From contig DASWXS010000034.1 in assembly GCA_036405375.1 (NCBI GenBank), forward strand, positions 1 to 35,235: a stretch of DNA of 35,235 bases, written 5' to 3'. Source of the DNA: Bacteroidia bacterium (GTDB taxonomy: Bacteria > Bacteroidota > Bacteroidia > B-17B0 > Aurantibacillaceae). Below the pieces are notes generated by a model that saw only the letters and a list, made by a program, of their open reading frames with translations, was not told where the DNA came from and did no database searches. Within the stretch, counting starts at the first letter, position 1. Each line of letters starts with the position of its first letter. The position numbers and the translations under genes were made by a program. Below, piece after piece: positions 1 through 9,400 of this stretch.

Positions 1-4
1 AAGT

Positions 5-1849
5 ATGTGTGGAATTGTAGGATATATTGGTAAAAGAGAAGCCTATCCTGTATTAGTGAAAGGTTTACACCGTTTGGAATACAGGGGTTACGACAGTGCC
101 GGGGTTGCGATGATCAATGCGGCAGGTAACATGAACGTGTACAAAAAAAAGGGCAAGGTTTCTGACCTGGAGGCCTTTGCAAACGTGCAGGATACTTCCG
201 GAACAATTGGAATCGGGCATACACGCTGGGCTACGCACGGTGAACCAAACGATGTTAACTCGCATCCACATTACTCACAAAGTGGCGACCTGGTAATGAT
301 CCACAACGGGATTATTGAAAATTACGCTGCTATAAAAGAACGCCTTTTAAAACGCGGGCATACATTTAAATCACAAACGGATACTGAAGTTCTTATTCAC
401 CTGATCGAAGACATCAAGAAGAGTGAGGACATGAAAACAGGACACGCTGTATTAGCTGCACTTAACCAGGTGATCGGGGCATACGCTATTGTGGTTCTCG
501 ACAAAAATGATCCAAACACACTTATCGCAGCTAAAAAAGGAAGCCCAATGGTGGTTGGTATCGGTGAAGATGAATTCTTTATCGCTTCTGATGCTTCACC
601 AATTGTTGAATATACCAAAAACGTAGTGTACCTGGAAGATGAGCAGGTAGCTATTGTTCGCAGGGGAGAAGAAGTAAAGCTCCGTACCATCAAAGACAAA
701 GAAATTCCACTATATGTACACGAGCTGGAAATGGAATTGGAAGCCATTGAAAAAGGCGGATATGAACATTTTATGCTGAAAGAGATTTACGAACAGCCCC
801 GCTCGGTGAAAGACAGTATGCGCGGACGCTTAAATGCCGACCAGGGTATTGTTCAGCTGGGTGGTATTGTTGATCATATTGGTAAATTCCAGAACGCAAA
901 ACGTATTATTATCATTGCCTGCGGAACTTCGTGGCACGCAGGACTGGTAGCTGAATATTTATTTGAAGAATACGCGCGCATTCCTGTTGAAGTAGAATAC
1001 GCTTCTGAATTCCGTTACAGAAACCCGGTTATTTACCCGGATGATGTGGTAATTGCCATTTCACAATCGGGAGAAACTGCTGATACGCTTGCTGCCATTG
1101 AACTGGCAAAAACCAAGGGCGCAACCATTATTGGTGTATGTAACGTAGTTGGTTCTTCCATTCCACGTGCATCACACGCTGGGTCATACACTCACGCAGG
1201 ACCAGAAATTGGTGTTGCTTCCACAAAAGCATTCACTGCCCAGGTAACAGTACTAACATTAATGGCACTGAACGTTGCTCACAAAAAAGGTACATTGCCT
1301 GAAAGCCGCTACCGCCAGTTGTTATATGAACTGGATGCCGTTCCTGCAAAAATTGAAGATATCCTGAAACAGAATGACCTCATTAAACACATTTCTGATA
1401 TTTATAAAGACGCGCGTAATGCATTATACCTGGGACGTGGCTTCACGTTCCCTGTTGCACTGGAAGGCGCATTGAAACTGAAAGAGATCTCCTACATTCA
1501 TGCTGAAGGTTATCCTGCTGCGGAAATGAAACACGGACCGATTGCTTTGATAGATGAAGAGATGCCGGTATTTGTGATAGCAACCAAAGGTCAGAACTAC
1601 GAGAAAGTTGTGAGCAATATCCAGGAAGTAAAAGCGCGTAAAGGAAAAATTATTGCGGTGGTTACTCATGGTGATAAAGATGTAAAAGGCATGGCAGATC
1701 ACGTGATCGAAATCCCTGAAACAGATGAGTCGCTGGTTCCATTACTGGCAGTTATTCCGTGGCAATTACTTTCATATCATATTGCTGTAATGAGAGGCTG
1801 TAATGTGGATCAGCCACGAAACCTGGCGAAGTCGGTAACGGTTGAATAA
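5..1849 (+). CDS. glmS: Glutamine--fructose-6-phosphate aminotransferase (isomerising), full length 614 aa
   Basis: N-terminus MCGIVGY carries the Ntn-type Cys2 glutaminase nucleophile. Two SIS-like sugar-isomerase halves are present (GTSWHAG, SQSGETADT, GPEIGVASTKAF). The C-terminal ...NLAKSVTVE is typical of GlmS. Confidence 0.95.
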   Translation: MCGIVGYIGKREAYPVLVKGLHRLEYRGYDSAGVAMINAAGNMNVYKKKGKVSDLEAFANVQDTSGTIGIGHTRWATHGEPNDVNSHPHYSQSGDLVMIHNGIIENYAAIKERLLKRGHTFKSQTDTEVLIHLIEDIKKSEDMKTGHAVLAALNQVIGAYAIVVLDKNDPNTLIAAKKGSPMVVGIGEDEFFIASDASPIVEYTKNVVYLEDEQVAIVRRGEEVKLRTIKDKEIPLYVHELEMELEAIEKGGYEHFMLKEIYEQPRSVKDSMRGRLNADQGIVQLGGIVDHIGKFQNAKRIIIIACGTSWHAGLVAEYLFEEYARIPVEVEYASEFRYRNPVIYPDDVVIAISQSGETADTLAAIELAKTKGATIIGVCNVVGSSIPRASHAGSYTHAGPEIGVASTKAFTAQVTVLTLMALNVAHKKGTLPESRYRQLLYELDAVPAKIEDILKQNDLIKHISDIYKDARNALYLGRGFTFPVALEGALKLKEISYIHAEGYPAAEMKHGPIALIDEEMPVFVIATKGQNYEKVVSNIQEVKARKGKIIAVVTHGDKDVKGMADHVIEIPETDESLVPLLAVIPWQLLSYHIAVMRGCNVDQPRNLAKSVTVE

Positions 1850-1941
1850 TGTAAAGGTTACCGCAGATCTTACATCAAAAAAGTAATTGCAGAAGAGGCA
1901 ATAATGCTGTATTTTTAACGTTCCAGATTTTATACAGATTC

Positions 1942-4350
1942 GTGAAACGTTACGGCTTCATATTATTAATTGCATTTGTTTACTCATTAAGTGGGTTTTC
2001 CCAAAACCCCTTAAAGATGTATCAATGGAGAAGCCACCTTTCCTACAACAGGGCTTATTCGGTTGCCGAATACAACAACCGTATTTATTGCGTGGTTACT
2101 ATCCCTGATCCCGGAAATGATATGTATTACATGCCTACGCACCAGGGCATTTTTTATTACGACAAAGGCGACAACTCCTATGGTAACCTCTCTACCGTTG
2201 AAGGACTTTCGGACGCTGAACCATTACTGATCAGAACAAATGCATACAACAATACTTTGTTTATTGCCTATCAAAATTGCAATATTGACCTGTTGAAAGG
2301 AGAATCAGTTATTAATGTTTCTGACCTCAAGCGCAAGCAGATTGTAGGTGAAAAAAAAATAAACAGCGTTACTTTCAGCGGCAAATATGCTTATGTAGCA
2401 ACCAGCCTGGGAATTGTTGTGGTTGATACTGATAATGGTGAAATTAAAGACAGTTATATTATTGGTATAGGAGGTACATACCTCAACGTTTATGAATGCG
2501 CACTAACTTCCAAAAAAATATTAGCCGCCACCGAAAGTGGTATTTATTATGCTTTACTCAATTCTCCTAACCTGAGCAATTACCAGGAGTGGACGAAGGA
2601 AACAAGCCTTCCTTCAGGTCCTTTTAATTCCATTGTAAATTTTAACGGTAAAATTATCACCAACTATTCGCGCTTTATCCAGAGCGGACAGGCAACTTTT
2701 TTACAGGATTCGCTGTACTCTTTCAACGACACGCTATGGTCGCACTATGCATACAAACCACACGACCCTTACAGCTATACCATTCGTAAAATTGTTGCCG
2801 ATAACCAGAAAAAAAAGATCGCTTTCATCGACATGCACAACATTCATGTACAGGACGAAAACGGCAACTCAATCAGCAGGGTATGGGCATATGATGCAAG
2901 CACTAACCAATCGGTTTTTGACCTGGCGTTTGAAAACAGTAACGAGTATTGGATAGCTGATAAGCAACTGGGCCTGATCCGTTACAAAGCAGATAACAGC
3001 GGCTCTTATCCTCTTCTTTTTCAACGCTACATTCCCAACTCGCCCAATACATTTTTGATGAACGACATGAAAATTGTAAATAACAAGCTGGTTACGGCAC
3101 CTATATTCCTGGGCGATAAAACCGGGAATTCAAAAGCGTACCTGGGCGATGGTTTATATGTTTTCAAAAACGAAGAGTGGAAACACGTTCATAAAGTTAC
3201 CAATCCCTTTTTCTTTGATGTTTCATCTGTAACTATTGATCCCAATGATGAAAATCATTATTTCGCGGGCTGTTATGGCCGTGGAGTAATTGAGTTTAAA
3301 GATGATGATGTGGTAGCCCTGTATCATAATCAAAACTCTCCTCTTCCATTGGCTGATGGTATGCCGGCAGGTTCACTCGACACACGTGTTACTGATGTAT
3401 CCTTCGACAGCGATGGTAACCTATGGGCTGCCTGCTCCTATTCTAAAAATCATATTAACGCCCGCGATGTCAATGGTACCTGGCATTCATTGGCATTCAG
3501 CAAAAGTTTTGAGGTGGAACAATTGCTTGTAGACAAAAACAACCAGGTATGGAACAGTACGCTTGCTCCTTCCGTTGGCCTCGTGGTATACAAAAACGAC
3601 GGTAGTTTCTCCGCCCCTTCCACAGCCAATTCGTATACAGTTAATGGCGGTGATGGCGACGGACAGATCAGTGGTTTGATTCTCTGCATGGCAGAAGACA
3701 AAGAAGGAGATATATGGGTAGGTACGAGTAAAGGAATATTTGTGCTGTATGAACCAGAAAGTGTTATTACAAATGGTGTTACTGCTCAACGTATATACGT
3801 AGATGAAGAGGGTGTGACAAAAATTCTGCTGGAAACAGAAGATATTACCTGCATAGCCGTTGACGGGGCAAACAATAAGTGGATCGGTACAAAAAAGAGC
3901 GGCGTGTTTTGTGTTTCACCTGATGGGCAAAAGGAGCTTTATCACTTCAGCACTGTAAACAGTCCTTTGTTCGCCGACAATATTTTAAGAATAGTTGTAA
4001 ACCCGTATAATGGAGAAGTTTTTATCAGCACTGATAAAGGTATGTTGTCGTTCCAGAACTCTGTTACCGAAGGTTTTGAAAAATTCTCGGATGTATATGC
4101 GTATCCGAATCCTGTGAAACCCGAATATACCGGGCCAATTATGATCAAAGGTTTAGTGAGTGGGTCTAATATGAAGATTATGGATGTATCGGGAAATTTT
4201 GTTTACGAAGCAACCGTTGAAGGAGGCCAGGCGGTTTGGAATGCAAAAGGATTTAACGGGAAACGTGTTGCCAGTGGTGTGTACCTGGTAATGTGCGCTA
4301 CCACTGACGGATCTCAAAAAGTTGTTGCAAAAATTCTTGTTGTGAATTAA
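1942..4350 (+). CDS. Secreted beta-propeller protein with T9SS C-terminal sorting domain (PorZ-like), 802 aa, GTG start
   Basis: Signal peptide MKRYGFILLIAFVYSLSGFSQ. Regulator-propeller-like blades recur (YAYVATSLGIVVVD, KILAATESGIYYA, EYWIADKQLGLIRY, DIWVGTSKGIFVL, NKWIGTKKSGVFCV, EVFISTDKGMLSF). The C-terminal ~85 aa (VYAYPNPVKP...GVYLVMCATTDGSQKVVAKILVVN) resembles a T9SS type A CTD. Size and architecture match PorZ of Porphyromonas gingivalis, but the PorZ assignment itself is unverified. Confidence 0.7.
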   Translation: MKRYGFILLIAFVYSLSGFSQNPLKMYQWRSHLSYNRAYSVAEYNNRIYCVVTIPDPGNDMYYMPTHQGIFYYDKGDNSYGNLSTVEGLSDAEPLLIRTNAYNNTLFIAYQNCNIDLLKGESVINVSDLKRKQIVGEKKINSVTFSGKYAYVATSLGIVVVDTDNGEIKDSYIIGIGGTYLNVYECALTSKKILAATESGIYYALLNSPNLSNYQEWTKETSLPSGPFNSIVNFNGKIITNYSRFIQSGQATFLQDSLYSFNDTLWSHYAYKPHDPYSYTIRKIVADNQKKKIAFIDMHNIHVQDENGNSISRVWAYDASTNQSVFDLAFENSNEYWIADKQLGLIRYKADNSGSYPLLFQRYIPNSPNTFLMNDMKIVNNKLVTAPIFLGDKTGNSKAYLGDGLYVFKNEEWKHVHKVTNPFFFDVSSVTIDPNDENHYFAGCYGRGVIEFKDDDVVALYHNQNSPLPLADGMPAGSLDTRVTDVSFDSDGNLWAACSYSKNHINARDVNGTWHSLAFSKSFEVEQLLVDKNNQVWNSTLAPSVGLVVYKNDGSFSAPSTANSYTVNGGDGDGQISGLILCMAEDKEGDIWVGTSKGIFVLYEPESVITNGVTAQRIYVDEEGVTKILLETEDITCIAVDGANNKWIGTKKSGVFCVSPDGQKELYHFSTVNSPLFADNILRIVVNPYNGEVFISTDKGMLSFQNSVTEGFEKFSDVYAYPNPVKPEYTGPIMIKGLVSGSNMKIMDVSGNFVYEATVEGGQAVWNAKGFNGKRVASGVYLVMCATTDGSQKVVAKILVVN

Positions 4351-5861
4351 GTATTCAGCAGGGCTTTGATCTCCTCCACATATTTTCTTTCGTTACTCAG
4401 GCGTGGTACTTTATGCTGACCTCCCAGTTTTTTTTTCGACCTCAGCCACTTCATAAATGTATCCTTTGGAACCACTTTTACAATCGGCATTTGCAGGATG
4501 TAGTTGTTAAAACGTTTCGCCTCGTAATCTGAATTTAATTGCTTTAATGTTTTATCGAGTATATCGGTAAAGTACTCCAGGTTGCCCGGTTCTTTATCAA
4601 ATTCAATCAGCCATTCATGTGCTCCGTTTTGCTCGCCCATAAATACAGGTGCGGCAGTGTAATCAACAATATGTGCATGTGTTTTTTCGCAGGCCGCCTG
4701 CAATGCCTTTTCTGCATTATGGATCATAAGCTCTTCCCCAAACACATTTATATTGTGTTTTGTTCGGCCCGTAATCACAAAACGATACGGACTGGTTCCG
4801 GTAAAGGTGATCGTGTCTCCCAGCTGGTATCGCCATAACCCGGCGGTTGTGCTGATCACCATTGAATACACAATTCCGGAAGACACTTCAGAAAGGTTAT
4901 ATACTCTCGGGTTGCTCTTGTCTAGATCTTCAACCGGTATAAATTCGTAGTAGATCCCATAATCAAGCATCAGTAATAACTCCTTTATGTTGCGCTGATC
5001 CTGGATCCCGAAAAAACCTTCAGATGCATTGTATAATTCCAGGTAAGCTATCGACTCATTATCGAGCAATCGTTTAAACTGATCTGCGTATGGAGTGAAA
5101 CTTACACCGCCGTGAAAATATACTTCCAGGTTAGGCCAAACTTCTCTTATAGAGTTTACATTCTTTTCCTTCAGAATTTCTTTCAGTAAAACCAGCATCC
5201 AGCTGGGAACGCCAGCCATACTGGTAACATTGGCATTCATGGTTGTGGTAACCAGTTGCCTGAGCTTGTCCTCCCAATCGCTCATCAAAGCGATGTTTAG
5301 CTCAGGAGCCCTGAAATACTCGGCCCACATCGGCAGGTTCTGAATAACAATAGCACTCACATCTCCATGATATGATTCATAGTCGCCAAAATAATCGGTT
5401 TGATGGCTCCCTCCCAGGGCAAGATTTTTCCCGGTAAATAAATTTGTTTCCGGGTTGTTGGCACAATGGATCGCAACCATATCCCTGCCACCATTATAAT
5501 GACAACCATCAAGACTCTCCGGGCTTACCGGGATAAATTTACTTTTGTCTGATGTTGTTCCGCTCGATTTAGCAAACCATTTTACTTCTTCATTCCACAA
5601 CAAATGTTGCTCTCCTCTTCTTATGCGTTCGATATATGGCTTCAGCGATTCGTAATCCTGTAGCGGCACCTGGCGCTTGAATTGCTCATAATTGCTAATT
5701 TCTGAGAAGCCATGCTTTTTCCCAAACTCCGTGGGTGCTCCGTTCTTCAATAGTTTTACCAGCCACTCTTCCTGCACATCATTCGGATACTTCATAAAAA
5801 GTTCGATCTGGTGCATCCGCTTCTTCATCAGCCAGGCTGCTATGGAATTCAGTATCGGCAC
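4347..5861 (-). CDS. GH3 auxin-responsive-promoter family protein (acyl-acid amido synthetase-like adenylating enzyme), 504 aa
   Basis: Adenylation-type motif FAKSSGTTSDKSKFIPV (SSGTTxxxxKxIP) and overall similarity to the GH3-domain proteins common in Bacteroidota. The start lies 3 nt after the tadA stop, so the two are probably co-transcribed. Confidence 0.85.
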   Translation of the reverse strand: MPILNSIAAWLMKKRMHQIELFMKYPNDVQEEWLVKLLKNGAPTEFGKKHGFSEISNYEQFKRQVPLQDYESLKPYIERIRRGEQHLLWNEEVKWFAKSSGTTSDKSKFIPVSPESLDGCHYNGGRDMVAIHCANNPETNLFTGKNLALGGSHQTDYFGDYESYHGDVSAIVIQNLPMWAEYFRAPELNIALMSDWEDKLRQLVTTTMNANVTSMAGVPSWMLVLLKEILKEKNVNSIREVWPNLEVYFHGGVSFTPYADQFKRLLDNESIAYLELYNASEGFFGIQDQRNIKELLLMLDYGIYYEFIPVEDLDKSNPRVYNLSEVSSGIVYSMVISTTAGLWRYQLGDTITFTGTSPYRFVITGRTKHNINVFGEELMIHNAEKALQAACEKTHAHIVDYTAAPVFMGEQNGAHEWLIEFDKEPGNLEYFTDILDKTLKQLNSDYEAKRFNNYILQMPIVKVVPKDTFMKWLRSKKKLGGQHKVPRLSNERKYVEEIKALLNT

Positions 5862-5864
5862 GTC

Positions 5865-6308
5865 TTATTTTCTTTTGTTTTTAAAAAAGGTTTTCATCAG
5901 CTCCGCGCAATTGTGCTCCATAACTCCCGAAGACAATTGCGTTTTCGGATGCAGCATCCTGGTATTAATAGTTGAAAAACCCCGCTTTTCATCTGCCGCC
6001 CCGAATACTACCTTCGATACCTGGCTCCAGTAAAGCGCACCCGCACACATCGGGCAAGGTTCAATGGTAACATACAAAGTGCATTCCTGCAGGTATTTTC
6101 CACCAATGTGATTTGCCGCAGCGGTGATCGCCTGCATTTCGGCGTGAGCAGTAACATCATTTAAACGTTCTGTTAAATTATGCGCACGCGCAATTACCTT
6201 ATTTTCGCAAACAACAACTGCACCTATAGGAATCTCATCCAGCTCAAAAGCCTTACGCGCCTCTTTCAGTGCTTCATTCATAAAATATTCATCCGAATAC
6301 ATTTCCAT
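5865..6308 (-). CDS. tadA: tRNA adenosine(34) deaminase, 147 aa
   Basis: CMP/dCMP-type zinc-binding deaminase motifs HAEMQAI and PCPMCAGAL, with typical TadA length. The start could instead be Met3 (6302). Confidence 0.9.
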   Translation of the reverse strand: MEMYSDEYFMNEALKEARKAFELDEIPIGAVVVCENKVIARAHNLTERLNDVTAHAEMQAITAAANHIGGKYLQECTLYVTIEPCPMCAGALYWSQVSKVVFGAADEKRGFSTINTRMLHPKTQLSSGVMEHNCAELMKTFFKNKRK

Positions 6309-6313
6309 TCACG

Positions 6314-6321
6314 CAAAAATA
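6314..6321 (-). promoter_or_regulatory. -7 box TATTTTTG (minus strand) for tadA; a second candidate TAATTTTG is at 6341-6348
   Basis: The plus strand reads CAAAAATA at 6314-6321 and CAAAATTA at 6341-6348. Both are exact TAnnTTTG matches on the minus strand, 5 nt and 32 nt upstream of the tadA ATG (6308). Confidence 0.45.
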
Positions 6322-6414
6322 ACATAAGGATTAACCCTGACAAAATTATATTTTCGCCAGTCCTACGGGCAAACTATGCTCCATGCATAATTTGGGTCAA
6401 TGGTTTTTTTCTCA

Positions 6415-6422
6415 TAAATTTG
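6415..6422 (+). promoter_or_regulatory. Bacteroidota sigma-A -7 box TAAATTTG (TAnnTTTG) for the AsmA-like gene
   Basis: Exact match to the TAnnTTTG consensus. The G lies 6 nt before the ATG at 6429. This is a motif-only call. Confidence 0.5.
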
Positions 6423-6428
6423 TTTACT

Positions 6429-9400
6429 ATGCAGAAAACAAAGAAACCCTTGTGGAAAAGAATACTCAGGATCTTTCTATGGTTAACGCTGCTGCCTGTA
6501 TTTCTGATTATCATTCTTATTGCCATCCTTTATTTTAAACAGGACGCACTGGTTCAAAAAGCACTTGTTTCTGTGAATGAAAATTTTGCCGGTCAATTAA
6601 AATTAAAAGACAGTCACATCTCTCCTTTTCACGACTTTCCAAATGTTTCTATTAACCTGGAAGATATAGAAGTATTCGAATCCAAAGATTCTACGGGTAA
6701 ACCTATTGCTCATGTAAAAGATATTTACCTTGATTTTGATCTCCGTAAAATAATTGAAGGCAAATACCGCATTAATAACCTGGAATTGAATGGAGGTAAT
6801 ATTACAGTAGTACAGGACAGCCTGGGCGACCTTAATATTATGAAAGCCTTTGAGCCGATAGGTGAAATTGATACAGCCAGCACCAATGAGGTGTTTAAAC
6901 TGGGCTTAAAAAAAATAAAGGTAAAAGATATTAAGGTAAAATTTATTGACGAAACCCAGGATAAAACATTCGATGCCAACCTGCAGGATCTTAATGCTTC
7001 CTTTCGTACGGGAGCCAAACGGCTTAAAACTTCTGTTGAAGGAAAATTCCAGATGACATATATCCAGGGTAAAGACACTTCTTTTATCCGCGATAAAAAT
7101 TTCGATATCGATGCGGGTATTATATTTGACAAACAACGCGAGATCCTTACCGTAAAACCTTCTACATTAAAACTGGAGGGTGTTTCCTTTACGGCTAAAG
7201 GCTTCATGATCTTCAAAGGTAGTCCGTATATGAACTTCCAGTTCAATGGCGAAAAATCTGATTTCAATATTGTATTTGCATTTCTTCCTCCTGACCTTGC
7301 CAAAACAATGGCAAAATATGAGAACGCGGGAAATATTTATTTCGATGCAAGCGTGAAAGGAATTGTTGGCAACGACCTTCAACCCGACATCTATGCAGAG
7401 TTTGGCTGTAAGAATGGTGTGTTTAAAAATACAGGCGTTAATAAAACGGTTGACAAACTTTCGTTCAGGGGATACTTTACGAACGGAAAAAAACGGAATA
7501 CTTCTACATTCGAAATCGGCCTCGTAGATATTTTAGCGCATCCTGAACAGGGCGATGTTAAAGGAAATATTATCCTGCGGAATTTTGATGATCCGAATGT
7601 GAACATGGATGTATCTACTGATTTTGATCTTCAGTTTCTTGCCAAATTCCTGCAAGTGCAGCAGCTTCAAAACCTTAGCGGTAAGGTAAGCCTGAAAGTT
7701 CATTACGACGAGCTGGTAGATATCAATGTGCCAAAAAACACTTTTGCAAAATTGAAAGAAGGTGTCGACAGTGAATTACGGGTTAAAGATCTCACTTTTA
7801 AAATGCCTAAATATCCTTACCCGATAGAAAACGTGAACCTTTATGCAGAAATGAAGAACAAAGGTTTGTACATAGAAAACTGTTCTGCGAAAGTTGGAAA
7901 TTCAGACATTAACCTGGTTTTGGGGATCAGTCGTTTGCCCGATGTTTTTCATAAAAAGGGAACACCGCTTGATGTACACTTAGTAGTGAGTTCAAAGAAC
8001 ATAGATGTAAAACAACTCACTACGTTTGATACAAGCAAAATAAAACCGGTTGATGAATTGCTTACCAATTTCCAGATGGTGTTTACTTTTAAAACACTTG
8101 CCAAAAACTTCACCGACTCTACCATGGCGCTACCACACGGACAGTTTTACATCGACAAACTTTCAGGACAATTTAAGCATTACCCGCGCAGACTGGAAAA
8201 TGTAAGGGCTGATATCATTATCGACTCAGATTTTGTTCGCCTGGAAGCATTCAATGGTAAGCTGGGTGGAAAAAAAGGTAAAAGCGATTTTTCGTTGACC
8301 GGCTCAGTAAAGAACTATGCGATGTGGTTCAAAAAAGATGTGAAAGGAACTACTGATATTATTTTTGATTTGAAAAGTGATACCCTTCGTTTCAACAAAA
8401 CATTCAGTTATAAAAATGTGAACTACATACCTGAGAGCTACCAGCGTGAAACCCTGAGAGGCCTCAAGTTAAAGGGTACAGCAAAAATTGTATACGACAC
8501 CGCATTTAAACTCGCCGAGCTTACCATTGAAAGCGGGGAAGTAAAATCGAAGATGCACCCGATGAAACTGGAAAATCTTTCGGGTACGATCAAATACAGC
8601 GACAACCGGATCCGGCTGAAAAAGCTAACAGGAAAAATGAACAAGAATGAATTCACCATCAGCCTTGGTTATTTTATAGGAGCCAATGTTGCCGAAGCCA
8701 AAAAAGACAACCGCTTCACCTTACGTGCCAAATACCTCAACCTGGATGAGCTGCTCGACTATGATGTAAGTAAAGTGGCGCGGAAGAAAAAGAAAGATAC
8801 ACTTGCCGTTGTTGCGGCACCAATAGATACTACGGTAAACACCGATTCTATTTTCAATGTATTCAGCCTCCCGTTCAGTAATATGAAAATAAAGCTGGAC
8901 ATAAAAGAGTTGCTTTATCATAAAATAGAGATCTCCAATTTGCAGGCACGTATGCGCATGCAACGCGATCATCGTTTTTTTATTGATACGCTGGACATGG
9001 ATATAGCCGATGGACATCTTGATATCAAAGGCGAATTTGATGGCTCTGATCCAAACAAAATAAAATTTAAACCCAATATCAAATTCAAAAATGTTGACCT
9101 GGCCAAGCTCATGGTACGCTTTGATAATTTCGGACAGGATTATATCCTGAGTGAAAATGTGAAAGGTATTGTAACCGGTACATTAAGCGGGAGAATCCGC
9201 ATGCGAAGCGACCTGATCCCAATGATGGACAAATCAAGGGTGCTGGTGAACACAACTGTTGTTAATGGTGAGCTGAACAACTACGGCCCAATGAGCATGC
9301 TTGCAGATTATTTCAAAGACAAAAACATCAACAACATTCGTTTCGATACCCTAATAAACACATTTGAGATCAAAAAAGGAGTGTTTTATATTCCGAATAT

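Noticed and set aside
2347-2356. Homopolymer tracts inside genes (A9 at about 2347-2355, A8 at about 2808, T9 at about 4427-4435, A8 at about 11739, T8 at about 28011) as potential phase-variation switches.
   Set aside because: Runs of 8-9 A or T are expected in an AT-leaning genome. All the ORFs are intact, and the tracts sit in housekeeping as well as surface genes. There is no evidence of slippage-based regulation.
6180-6428. The 83-codon N-terminal extension of the 1170-aa track ORF (start 6180).
   Set aside because: It overlaps tadA on the opposite strand by 129 nt and reads as low-complexity, non-protein-like sequence. An exact -7 box (6415-6422) and a good Met followed by a TM anchor occur at 6429.
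6725-7303. Antisense or out-of-frame track ORFs inside long genes, e.g. 397-747(-), 6725-7303(-), 12137-12601(-), 22920-23273(+), 24288-24692(+), 26246-26548(+), 27979-28308(-), 33074-33439(-).
   Set aside because: Each lies wholly inside a much longer ORF with clear family motifs on the other strand or frame. Their translations are low-complexity or compositionally odd. They are typical shadow ORFs.
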